Of a DNA stretch of 64,000 bases, positions 1-11,586 are shown piece after piece. Origin of the DNA: Haliotis rubra (taxonomy: Eukaryota); the NCBI RefSeq assembly GCF_003918875.1, contig NW_025767168.1, positions 806,001 through 870,000 of the forward strand, given 5' to 3'. Position numbers and translations under genes: made by a program. Within the stretch, counting starts at the first letter, position 1. The number at the start of each line of letters is the position of its first letter. The notes below the pieces were generated by a model that did not search any database, was not told where the DNA came from, and saw nothing but the letters and a program-made list of their open reading frames with translations.

Positions 1-288
1 TGACTCATGATCTAGAGCCCTCCTAACCGTCCCCTCTCAGCACTACGGGCTTCCCTGTAAGGTGTATTGTGGGCTTATTACAGAGAGAGTGATGAGAGCT
101 AGGCTCAGGTCACGTGGGTCCATTTTGGCAGGAAAAGGAGGCTACCCGTGGGTGAGTGATATTACGATCGCTTCAGGGAACTAAGGATTCAAGTTTCCAC
201 TTAACCGTTGAAAGAAGAAGGGAGATAAGCAGTAAGCATGAGTCAGGATAAGTATAAGATATCAATTTTATCATAAAAATTACATTTT
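1..288. mobile_element. Possible terminus of a DIRS-like (tyrosine-recombinase) retroelement
   Basis: tgactcatg (1-9) is inverted to catgagtca (237-245), followed by an AT-rich ggataagtataagatatcaattttatcataaaaattacatt end; resemblance to DIRS termini is from memory only. Confidence 0.3.
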
Positions 289-308
289 GGAAATTATTGT
301 AATTGCAG

Positions 309-380
309 ACCACAAAACATCCGGCAGTTCTTTGTCCGTTTCCTGTACCTGCTGGATATCCTGTATGATACGGAGAAGAG
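309..380 (+). CDS. SMG5: SMG5 coding exon (PQNIRQFFVRFLYLLDILYDTEK)
   Basis: Acceptor ttgcag|, donor AG|gtgagt; peptide resembles vertebrate DIKRLLVNFMYLQSLL; ends in phase 2. Confidence 0.85.
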
Positions 381-511
381 GTGAGTCCATGCAAGCCAGT
401 TGCAGTTACATTCTCATTAGTTCTGGTGACCCAGACTTCAAATTTGGCTGCAATTTATGTGCTGTGATGTATCGTTTAGGTGTGCCAAAGGTCTTTGATC
501 ATAAGTTGGAG

Positions 512-561
512 GGGGCGGTGGGGTAGCCTATGGGTTAAAGCGTTGGCTCGTCACGCCGAAG
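512..561 (+). mobile_element. SINE family A, head-only (3'-truncated) copy
   Basis: ggggcggtggggtagcct..cgccgaag, flanked by direct repeat aaggtctttgatcataagttggag (488-511, 559-582). Confidence 0.85.
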
Positions 562-992
562 GTCTTTGATCATAAGTTGGAGTCTAAGGTCTGTCCCATT
601 TAAGATTTATAGTTTGGCTACACCATACATATACTCATTGAGTTGTGAAAATATCATTTGTGACCTGGATCACATCAGGTTTACTACCAACATCAAGCTG
701 AAATGACATGATTTTACTAAAATACTTTTCATGGGTTCATTAAGCCCGATTTATTACTCACACCCAGTGGGTTCTGGAGCCTAAGAGAAAAATGTTGTGG
801 TTCCGATTACCCGACCGACCCTTGAATTCTGGTGCCGACCCTATTTTTTTTTAAGCGTTATGTATAAAATAAGCTTTCAGATACCATTGTTTATTCCCGG
901 CACCAACAGACATCGGTCATTCTTATAAATGAAATAGTTGTCAGAAGAAGCAGTTGATCTTTCAATAGTTATCATCCATGTATATATTCCAG

Positions 993-1197
993 CAACGACA
1001 CGACGACTTGATGCAGTCTGTATGTCAGGCCACGCTACATGACTTCAACCTATGCATGTTCTACGAGCCCAGCTCAATGGCGGAGAACTACGAGAACGTT
1101 GACCCTGCCATAGACGACCCCCATTACCTGGATGATGACATCGTCTTCAAGATCGTCGTCATGTGTCTCAGCACCATCCATCTCCTGCAGAGGAAAT
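993..1197 (+). CDS. SMG5: SMG5 coding exon (..DLMQSVCQATLHDFNLCMFYEPS..IVFKIVVMCLSTIHLLQRK)
   Basis: ttccag| acceptor, T|gtatga donor; in ORF 978-1232; phase clash with previous exon (see findings). Confidence 0.9.
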
Positions 1198-1239
1198 GTA
1201 TGAGCACCTTCGTTGTAATAACTCTTTCTTAATGTTTGA

Positions 1240-1416
1240 GGGCGGCGGGGTAGTCTAGTGGTTAAAGCGTTGTCTCGTCACGCCGAAGACCCGGGTTCGA
1301 ATCCCCACATGGGTACAATGAGTGAAGCCCATTTCTGGTGTCCCCCGCTGTGATATTGCTGGAATATTGCTAAAAACGGCGTAAAACCAAACTAAGTCAG
1401 TCAGTCAGTCAGTCAG
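1240..1416 (+). mobile_element. tRNA-derived SINE family A, full length, (CAGT)n tail
   Basis: A-box-like tagtctagtgg, B-box ggttcgaatcc; TSD tcttaatgtttga (1227-1239, 1417-1429). Confidence 0.92.
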
Positions 1417-1704
1417 TCTTAATGTTTGATTGTGTTTGCAATTAAACAAGACATTAGCAGTGTTTTTATGTTTCAGAATCAGGTAAACATGGAAAACAAG
1501 AGTAATTTAGAAACAGAAGTGAATTGGTTTGTTTGACATTGTACTGTCTGGACAAGTCACATTTGCCTAGTTTAACAGTGTGGAACTAGATCAGTTGGTT
1601 AGCTCAATTAACAGTCCAGAGGTTCAGTGGATTTTCACAAAAACTGGTTGCAGCCAATGGGTACCTGGTAGAATGAGATGTCACTCAGACACATGGCTTA
1701 TCTA

Positions 1705-2563
1705 CAAGGGGCGTATCAAGAGTTTCCGGGCTCGCCATAAACCGATCACACAAATCAACCAAACTTACCATGTTTCTAGAACAGTGTCCTAGCATGTGCT
1801 TGACATGCAAAACATGAATTCCATGTGCTATAATTTGCTATATATAGCTGTCAAACAGACAATTAGCTACGCATATGACATTAGCAAAACATCGATGAAA
1901 CAAATAATCCATGAACATGCTTCATGGGTCATGTTGTTACTCAGGATGAAACCAGGTTCATCACTTTGACCCAGAGACGAAAAATGAAAGTATGTATTGG
2001 ATACATGTGATGTCACCAATGCTCTAACAGTTTAAAAGAAGTCTTCCATTGGCAAAGTCATGACCTTCGTTTTCTGGTTGACACTCAGGGCGTAATCATG
2101 ATAGAGTATTTAAAGAAGGGTTCCACAATAAATGGTGCATTGCGTAGGTTGCGTGATCAGATCAGAGAAAAGTGCAGAGGTAAACTTTGCCGAGGTGTCT
2201 GGCTCCTCCAGGGCAATGCTCCAGTTCACAAGGCCCAAGTGGCAGTGAGTGCTGTACAGGACCGTGGCTTCAAGATTCTCCCTCACCCAGCCTATTCTCC
2301 AGATCCTGACCCTTCTGACGTCTTCCTCTTCCCTCAACTCAAATCTGTCTTCTGGGGCCACAATTTTGAGACGGATGGGGTGGTCATCACTGCTGTGGAG
2401 GAGTTTTTAGGGTCACGTGACAAAAATGGTTTTCATACTGGTTAAATATTCTGGAGAAACGGTGGAACAAGTGCATTGAAGTGAAGGGGGATTAGTTTAG
2501 GAACAATTTTCATATAGATCATATATAAGTTTAGGAGGCCGGAAACTTTTGGGACACCCCTCG
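1705..2563 (+). mobile_element. Internally deleted, decayed mariner (Tc1/mariner) element
   Basis: Imperfect TIRs caaggggcgtatcaagagtttccgg / ccggaaacttttgggacacccctcg, TA on both sides; remnant transposase motifs. Confidence 0.9.
1930..2445 (+). pseudogene. Mariner transposase remnant
   Basis: VVTQDET..HHFDPETK (frameshifted), LLQGNAPVHK (HDNAP-like), HPAYSPDPDPSDVFLFPQLK (YSPDLAPSD-like). Confidence 0.88.
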
Positions 2564-2977
2564 TAGTTCGGTGGAGATGGGGAGGTGATTTGAGTGCATA
2601 GACCATGTTGATAATACTGCAATATGTCTCTGAACATCAATTTAAGTTGTAAATCAGGTGCTTTGTTACCGGTATTTCATTATGTTGTATTAGGACATCA
2701 GTGTCATGTTTTTCTTCACATTTGACTGGTCAGTTCCATGTTCTGATTAATCAAGCATTAGAATAATACTTTCAATGTTCAGTTTGTGTATAGGAATCTT
2801 GTATATTCCGACTGGGTTCAAACATGACCGTAATGCATTCAGGGCTGGTCACATGACTGCTTTTGGAAACCATACTATGTGTAATAGATATATGGAAAGC
2901 TTTTGGAAATGTACATTCAACAGTATTATTATTTGATTCAAACTTAATCACTATATTGTGTCATCTCCCCTATATAG

Positions 2978-3121
2978 GCTCACCTCAAGTGACAGCCGCC
3001 ATTGCCTTTCTTCTTGCGCTGTTCTCGCACATACTGAACCATGTAACCAACAGACTACAGGGGGTGCTGTATGAGAAGGAACATCCCAATAAGCTGTTAG
3101 AGTCACACAAGTCTATAGCAG
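2978..3121 (+). CDS. SMG5: SMG5 coding exon (SPQVTAAIAFLLALFSHILNHVTNRLQ..)
   Basis: cccctatatag| acceptor, G|gtaggt donor, phases 1/1 consistent. Confidence 0.93.
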
Positions 3122-3656
3122 GTAGGTTGTTTTCCCTTTCTAGTGCTGTGTTTTCTATGTTGTTAGGATGTTTGGCAATCAGTCCAAGCAGATACTGTGA
3201 ACAGATAATGATATATTCAGTGTTACTATTATTATTATAGGATATTTATATAGCGCACATATCCACGTAACTAGTACATGCTCAAGGTGCTGGAGTCGAT
3301 CATTGGATGTCAATCTTTCTGAGTAGATGTACATGCTGTGGTGTGGCATCTCAGTGGGCTAGCTCTATAAACCAGGAACAAGTCTGGACTAGTATGAGCA
3401 GTCCCACACAACCATGCATGTCACTGCGCAAGTGCAATAATTGTAAACATGATGGAACTTTACCACTTCACCAGAATGAATGTAAGTTTGAAATTAAACA
3501 TTGAAGATGAGATGTCATTCTCAGGTGTTAATAAGGGCGAGTCACTAGATTCAGATACTGTTCAGTAAGCTGCCAGGACCCAGGAACCCCTTTACTTCAA
3601 ACACTGATGAAATAGAATACCACTATAGTTGTGTGGTCACTGTGTCCTTCCTGCAG

Positions 3657-3796
3657 CTCTCCCCCACGATGACCACAACTACTCGTCCACCTCGGACACA
3701 GAGCGGGATGAGATGTCCAGTCACGAAGCTGACTACAGGAACAACAGTGTCGACAAAAGCAATATGCTGACTCAGGAGGAAGGCAATAAACCAAAG
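3657..3796 (+). CDS. SMG5: SMG5 coding exon (low-complexity linker LPHDDHNYSSTSDTE..KPK)
   Basis: ccttcctgcag| acceptor, AAG|gtattg donor, phases 1/0 fit neighbours. Confidence 0.82.
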
Positions 3797-4475
3797 GTAT
3801 TGATTCCTACAAATTAGGTGGTATGGAGGACGACCAGTATACTATACATTAATCTAATCCTATATGCATCATAAACGGTTAAGTAATGTGAAAATAAGTG
3901 GCAGCCACACGATAACTGAAATTTCATGGAATTAAGCATTGTATGTACATGATAATACATGTTTTCTTTTTCAGGTGTCAATAAATTTAGGCACAACAAC
4001 AATGTAAATTTATGAAGGATATGTCATAATCTGATTGTTTGGTGCACTGAAAAATTAATGAGGACTCTTGTATGTAAAATACAGATAAAGATTATGTGTT
4101 TAAGGGGTATGTGATGGTTACAGAAAGTTGTAACATTGGTGTCCTTTCTGATAGTAGTAGACGAGTAAAAGGTGCCAGTTAAGCGTCATCCATGATATTT
4201 AAAACACCATCTGCTACAAATGGATTTTCTGAACATCGAATATTCTAAAATTGTTTTCAAATGAATAAAGCTCTTCTTGTTCATGTGAACACTGCGATAA
4301 TTACAGACAACCATATTGTTTAATAATGATAGCAAGTTACACAAAGAACACCCTGACACACACAGCAGTTGTTGTTCCTGTGTAAATGGTGTAACCCAAA
4401 AGCTGTACAGAAAATGCTTTGTGCCAGTGTTATTATCCCCTGATCATGAAAGAAAGGAAAATCTTCTGATTGCAG

Positions 4476-4581
4476 AAGCACAAGCAATCACGACTCCGCA
4501 ACTTGCGGCGACGTAGACGGCGTCACCATAGCGATAGTAGTGACATGTCAGACTTGTCCGAAGATTCTGATCTCAGTGAAG
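4476..4581 (+). CDS. SMG5: SMG5 coding exon (KHKQSRLRNLRRRRRR..DSDLSEG)
   Basis: ttgcag| acceptor, G|gtgagg donor; matches the basic SRL..LRRRR and DSDLSEG motif of SMG5. Confidence 0.92.
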
Positions 4582-4670
4582 GTGAGGATTTGTCTGACTT
4601 ATTTACTTAATGGCAGAACTAAGTGGCTTGAAATGTTGGGAAAAGGTAACAAATACATCTTAAAATTGGT

Positions 4671-4916
4671 ACCAGTGAAGATCCGGGTTAGAATTGATCT
4701 TCAGTAACCCATGCTTGTCATAAGAGGCGATCTAACAGGATCGGGTGGTCAGGCTCGCTGACTTGGTTGACACATGTCATCGTATCCCACTTATGTAGAT
4801 CGATGCTCATGCTGTTGATCACTGGATTGTGTGGTGGTGACTCAATTATTTACAGACCACCGCCATATAGCTGGAATATTTGCTGAGTGCGGCGTAAAAC
4901 TAAACTCATTCACTCA
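4671..4916 (+). mobile_element. Short retroposon family B (~245 bp, no tRNA head, shares 3' tail with family A)
   Basis: gtgaagatccgggttagaatt..cccatgcttgtcataagaggcga..gctggaatatt..gcggcgtaaaactaaactca(ctca)n; imperfect TSD cttaa(a/t)attggt. Confidence 0.85.
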
Positions 4917-5062
4917 CTTAATATTGGTTGCAGGTATTCCTGTGCCACAAAAAGTTTCTGACTGTACAGTCCGTGCCACTAACTCATCTACAATTGATAT
5001 AGTACTCAAGAACTCTGTAGCATGAGCGTCCATCAATATCTGCGTCCATGTGTTGTTTACAG

Positions 5063-5464
5063 GTGGTGAGCACATGGAAGAGGATGTTGTCTCTGAAGAT
5101 TCGGATGATGATCTAGCCACATACTTTGACAATGACTCTGATTCAGATCTCTCTGATTCCTTGATGGAAAGTCAGGACCTTAAGACTGGCTTTGCATCAT
5201 CTCATGGCAACAATCAGTCCAGGTTGCGACTGAGTTCAGGGTCATCTGTGAAAATGGCCCAAGAGAATGGCAATTGGTCAGATCTCATGGGAAATCAGAA
5301 TCTAGTAACGTTGTCATCTGAGTTGTTCTCCTCGTCAATGACCTTCCTTGGGCAGGACCTCAATCTTGATCTGCTCAACACAAAACAGTACCAAGCAGAC
5401 ATTGCAGCTTATGAGAACTGTAAAGATGTCATACAAGGCAGGAAAGATGTTCCAGTTCCACCAG
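5063..5464 (+). CDS. SMG5: SMG5 coding exon (acidic linker GEHMEEDVVSEDSDDD..VPVPP)
   Basis: tttacag| acceptor, G|gtaggt donor; open frame (ORF 5050-5526), phases 1/1. Confidence 0.88.
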
Positions 5465-5839
5465 GTAGGTTGAGCATCTTTGTCGACACTTCTATATTTG
5501 CAACTGTGAATGAATCACAATTTTAATAATACACTTAACGATGATACAGTTCATATCTGGAAAGTAAAGTTAACCACCATTGTGGTCTAATGGATAGACT
5601 GTCTCCTCAGAGAGCCTGGGTGAATCAAGGCTTTGTATAATAGCACATAAGATGTCAGAATATGATGTTCACAAATAAATATCATACTTCATCATGCTTA
5701 CATTTGTTGTACTTGAATCATTTGATGTCAGAACTTCATATCATGATAATGTATTGTATGTAATGCCTCTGCCCTTCTGAGACTAGAATTTGTCTCCAGA
5801 AACCCATGCTTGTCATAAGTCGACTAACAGGATTGATTT

Positions 5840-8800
5840 AGTTGACTGCTAGACTGCTATCTGTTGACTACAAGACTGCTATCTGTTGACTACAAGACTG
5901 CTATCTGTTGACTACAAGACTGCTATCTGTTGACTACAAGACTGCTATCTGTTGACTACTAGACTGCTATCTGTTGACTACTAGACTGCTATCTGTTGAC
6001 TACTAGACTGCTATCTGTTTACTACAAGACTGCTGTCTGTTTACTACTAGTATGCTATCTGTTTACTACTAGACTGCTATCTGTTGACTACTAGACTGCT
6101 ATCTGTTTTCTACTAGACTGCTATCTGTTTACTACTAGACTGCTGTCTGTTTACTACTAGACTGCTATCTGTTTACTACTAGACTGCTATCTGTTGACCA
6201 CTAGACTGCTATCTGTTGACTACTAGACTGCTATCTGTTGACTACTAGACTGCTATCTGTTGACTACTAGACTGCTGTCTGTTTACTACTAGTATGCTAT
6301 CTGTTTACTACTAGACTGCTATCTGTTTACTACTAGACTGCTATCTGTTTACTACTAGACTGCTATCTGTTTACTACTAGACTGCTGTCTGTTTACTACT
6401 AGACTGCTATCTGTTTACTACTAGACTGCTATCTGTTGACTACTAGACTGCTGTCTGTTGACTACTAGACTGCTATCTGTTGACTGCTAGACTGCTGTCT
6501 GCTGACTACTAGACTGCTATCTGTTTACTACTAGACTGCTATCTGTTGACCTACTAGACTGCTGTCTGTTTACTACTAGACTGCTATCTGTTTACTACTA
6601 GACTGCTATCTGTTTACTACTAGACTGCTATCTGTTGACTACTAGACTGCTATCTGTTTACTACTAGACTGCTATCTGTTGACTACTAGACTGCTATCTG
6701 TTTACTACTAGACTGCTATCTGTTTACTACTAGACTGCTGTCTGTTGACTACTAGACTGCTATCTGTTGACTACTAGACAACATACATTGGTCAAGTAGT
6801 CAACTGACAACAGTTTAGTAGTCCGCAGTCAGGTGGTCAACAGACAACAGTCTAGTAGACAACAGACAACAGTCTAGTAGTAAACTGACAAGAGTCTAGT
6901 GGCCAACAGTCACCACCAGTCTTGCAGACAACTGCTATCTGTTGACTACTAGACTGTCATCAGTTGTCTAGAGGACTATATAGTTTGTTGCTTTCTACAC
7001 TTTGATCTGTTGACCACTAGACTAGTCAGTTGACTACTAGACTGTTGTTAGTTGACTACTAGACTATTGTCAGTTGACTACTTGACTGTTGTCTGTTGTC
7101 TACTGGACTGTTGTCAGTTGACTACTAGACTGTTGTCTGTTGTCTACTAGACTGTTGTCAGTTGACTACTAGACTGTTGTCAGTTGACTACTAGACTGTT
7201 GTCTGTTGTCTACTAGACTGTTGTCAGTTGACTACTAGACTGTTGTCTGTTGTCTACTAGACTGTTGTCAGTTGACTACTAGACTGTTGTCAGTTGACTA
7301 CTAGACTGTTGTCTACTGGACTGTTGTCAGTTGAGTACTAGACTGTTGTCAGTTGACTACTAGACTGTTGTCTGTTGTCTACTGGACTGTTCTTGTTGTT
7401 GACTACTTGACCAGTGTCTGTTGTCTACTGGGCTGTTGTCAGTTGACTACTAGACTGTTGTCTACTGGACTGTTGTCAGTTGACTACTAGACTGTTGTCA
7501 GTTGACTACTAGACTGTTGTCTACTTGACTACTAGACTGTTGTCTGTTGTCTACTGGACTGTTGTCTGTTGTCTACTGGACTGTAGTTGTTGACAGACTG
7601 TTGTTAGTTGACTACTAGACTGTTGTCTACTAGACTGTTGTCTACTAGACTGTTTGTTGTCTACTAGACTGTTGTCAGTTGACTACTAGACTGTTGTCTG
7701 TTGCCTACTAGACTGTTGTCAGTTGACTACTAAACTGTTGTCTGTTGACTACTAGACTGTTGTCAGTTGACTAGTAGACTGTTGTCTGTTGTCTACTGGA
7801 CTGTTGTCTGTTGTCTACTGGACTGTTGTCAGTTGTCTACTGGACTGTTGTCTACTGGACTGTAGTTGTTGACAGACTGTTGTCTGTTGTCTACTAGACT
7901 GTTTGTTGTCTACTAGACTGTTGTCAGTTGACTACTGGACTGTTGTCAGTTGACTACTAGACTGTTGTTTGTTGTCTACTAGACTGTTGTCAGTTGACTA
8001 CTAGACTGTTGTCTGTTGTCTACTGGACTGTTGTCAGTTGACTACTAGACTGTTGTCAGTTGACTACTAGACTGTTGTCAGTTGACTACTAGACTATTGT
8101 CTGTTGTCTACTGGACTGTTGTCTGTTGACAACTAGACTGTTGTCTACTAGACTGTTGTCAGTTGACTACTGTAGTTGTTGACAGACTGTTGTTAGTTGA
8201 CTACTAGACTGTTGTCTACTAGACTGTTGTCAGTTGACTACTAGACTGTTGTCTGTTGTCTACTGGACTGTTGTCAGTTGACTACTAGACTTGTCTATTG
8301 TCTACTTGACTGTTGTCAGTTGACTACTAGATTGTTGTCAGTTGACTACTAGACTGTTGTCAGTTGAGTACTAGACTGTTGTCAGTTGTTTACTGGACTG
8401 TTGTCTACTGGACTGTAGTTGTTGACAGACTGTTGTCTGTTGTCTACTAGACTGTTGTTAGTTGACTACTAGACTTGTCTGTTGTCTACTGGACTGTTGT
8501 CAGTTGAGTACTAGACTGTTGTCTGTTGTCTACTAGACTGTTGTCTGTTGTCTACTAGACTGTTGTCAGTTGACTACTAGACTTGTCTGTTGTCTACTGG
8601 ACTGTTGTCTGTTGTCTACTAGACTGTTGTTGTTGACTACTTGACCAGTGTCTGTTGTCTACTTAACTGTTGTCAGTTGACTACTAGACTGTTGCCTGTT
8701 GACCACCTGACTTGGGACCACTAGACTGTTGTCAGTTGACTACTTGACCAATATCTCTTGTCTACTCTACTGGTGTTGAGTAGACTGATGTCTGTTGACT
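5840..8800. repeat. 22-bp minisatellite array (agactgctatctgttgactact, then agactgttgtc[a/t]gttg[a/t]ctact variants)
   Basis: Direct reading: 22-nt period, two variant blocks separated by a short inverted segment at ~6775-6930. Confidence 0.97.
6775..8764. mobile_element. Foldback/MITE-like element with ~85-bp inverted termini enclosing the second 22-bp block
   Basis: 6775-6858 is the near reverse complement of 8681-8764, including non-array sequence (gaccacctgac..gac and tacttgaccaat). Confidence 0.7.
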
Positions 8801-8808
8801 GTCTGCAG

Positions 8809-8916
8809 GTTTCCTGTCGTCCATGGAGGCTCATCATGTGGCAGACATCACCAAGAAGCTGGTCAACTTCCAGATCGAGACTGACACCGAAGTCAGTGCA
8901 TGTCCCACAGACACAG
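8809..8916 (+). CDS. SMG5: SMG5 coding exon (FLSSMEAHHVADITKKLVNFQIETDTEVSACPTDT)
   Basis: ctgcag| acceptor, G|gtacag donor; phases 1/1; coding-like composition. Confidence 0.82.
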
Positions 8917-9084
8917 GTACAGATGTGTTGGTCGATGTATCTCTGATCACTGGTCAGTAGCTGGAGCAAGTAATTAGTAAAAGATGTTTCACAAGGTTTT
9001 TTAGCTCTCATGACATACCTGAGTGAGCTTATCTAGTGACAATCTATGGAGAAAAATATTTTACTCCATATAAATCTACATTAA

Positions 9085-11324
9085 CCCCCTGGATGCCACA
9101 GGGACATATATGTCCTTCCCCTTCAACCCTCAATTTGAAGTCCAATAAAAATCAAAGTATCCCACGCACACAAATACACTTCAGAGTTTCGAATTCTGCG
9201 GGAAATTTCCTGTTTCTTGATACCATCCACTATTATTTTAGACAAAGCTCAAGTGCTGAAAATGACCTTTCAAAATAGGCTTCATCGAAAATGGCGACAT
9301 TTTTGACACAGTATGAAATCGCGATTCACAGCGTTATTTGCTGTATGTTTTGAAATGTGAAAATCGGAATTACTGTGAATATTGAATTTCAAAAATAACA
9401 CATTTATGATCACTGATATCAGTTTTACATGATTTCGCTAATTATAATTCTGAAACGTTGCCGATGAATCTAGAATCGGTTGGAATGTTTTCGAAAATGC
9501 ACTTTCACGAACACCGTAGAGCGCTTTCAGCCATATTGGATAGTGTTTACAAAATCACGTTTCGCGAAGGCCGGTATTGAGACGCCTATTACATCACGTA
9601 GATTTCATATTCAGCTTCGAAAAATGCATCACTGAATTCCCCATACATTTTAGAATCAATTTGAAACTAGTCTGTGTCACCAATAATAACTGTCTAGATG
9701 AAATGAAACGAAACATATTGGGTGTAAAAACGAACGCTGTGCTTGAAAGACTGCGTTTGTGTGAAATGTACATGCACACATATTTAAAGGAATTGTCTTG
9801 TTCACTGCATAATTTTGTGTCGTTTTATAGACAAAAGAATGATGCATATAGATCGGCAAGGTGCGCGTTTGTTGGCAACGTTTTATGATTCTCTATCATT
9901 GTTTTTGATAATATATTCAATTCATATTCGATTAAATAATATTGTGATGACAGGATATCAAACTCTAACTAATTATAGGAAAATTGTTGAAAAATATATA
10001 TACCATCTCATGTGTTAATTCGGACAAATCTTATATCCATATTCTAATATATAGTTCCATATATCAAAAGCTATCTTTATGCATCTTTCCTTGCATGCGT
10101 ATGAAGAGAAATAGCTTCAAAATCATAAACAAACAAAATTCTTATCCAAAACAAAATATTCGGGTGTTGTGAAATATTATTTTTATTTACGTTAAATTGA
10201 TGCCAAACAGGTGCGCGTGTTGGTCACAATAAGATACGCTGTCAAACTGTCTAATTGTTGATATATTCAGGACACTATTTAAATGGAAAAATCAGTCATT
10301 TTATGTTTTGTCTAAAGAGTGTTAACTTCTGACATAGAAGTCTAGACCTTTGATACAATGAATGGAAATTAAGTGAGATATATACTCATCAGAATACCAA
10401 TGTAATAAAGCCGTTTTCCGCGTCGCGAAAATGCATAAAACAAGCGATGACGTCAACTAAAATGTTGTATTATTTTCAGCAATTTTCGTTACATTTGAAG
10501 ATATGGCTAGTACTCTGGTAATAACGATGCAAAATTAGTCAAATTACATCTACACAAACAGGAGAATATGGGAATCTAAGAACTACTTATATATCGGATA
10601 GGACCATTCAAATCGCTATTACGTGCTTTCACATGTAATACGTTGTCATCTTTTCTTATAAATTGTGAAACTACCAAAGCATCCGTTCACATTGGGGAAC
10701 TTTGAATTGGAATAGTGAGGTTCACCATGAATATAAAATAACGAAAATATAGCGTCCGCATCCACAACACATTTTCTCAAGTGATCTGAGTTACATTGAC
10801 CTAGTGTTACGCTAACGGAGTTATGCCCCTTATCATTATCGTGTATGACCTCTCTTTTAAGTGGTTTGGCGTCATAGAAGAAAATACATTTTTGACATTT
10901 ATTGCGAGTCATTTTTAATGTTGAGTATAACGCGTATGCACAAGCACTAAACCCAATTCATATACACTTATGTCGTTCAGATATCAGGCTGTATTTTCTT
11001 CGCTCACACTTTCCTCGTAAAGATGCCCCATTAAAACATTCGGTAGCACAGTGCTTTTATCGGTGCTTGATAAAAGCGGAGAAATTTACTGTTTTTAGCC
11101 ATAACAAAAATTTTGACAACATTTAGCAAGGTCTATTTCTCAAACCGCCAAGGTAGTTGCACTTATATTTATACCAACGGATAGGAAATTTAATATTCTA
11201 CATTTCTGTGTAATTTTATAGCCTTACGTAGATCCAGGACCACATGAGAGCAATTCTCGCACAACATTCACTTTTCAAACTGCATGAAAATGTGTGCCTG
11301 AAAAAATACTCGGCAGCCAGGGGG
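9085..11324. mobile_element. Non-autonomous piggyBac-like DNA transposon (2.24 kb)
   Basis: TTAA|ccccctggatgcc ... ggcagccaggggg|TTAA; no transposase ORF; CpG-rich relative to flanks. Confidence 0.85.
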
Positions 11325-11586
11325 TTAAAGAAAATTGTTTCTCAAAATTAACATTAACAATAAAATGGAATGTTGGGTATTGACAACAATCAACTTGGTT
11401 ACGTTAGGAAGGTGTATTGTAACCCATAATATCACTAATGCAGTAATCATAATTCACTAACAAATGAAGTAATTAGTGTATTGAATTCAGGTTGTAAATA
11501 AAGATAACAGAAGTGGCATGTATTCAGTGTACTGAATGATCAGTTGTAGTACTGGAGTTGTTGTCATCAACATGATTGTGTTTCAG

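Noticed and set aside
1240-1320. tRNA-like sequences (also 18295, 26853, 45723, 49804, 56893)
   Set aside because: SINE heads with body, microsatellite tail and TSDs; not tRNA genes
5840-8800. CRISPR-like regular repeats
   Set aside because: No unique spacers, no cas genes, eukaryotic intron
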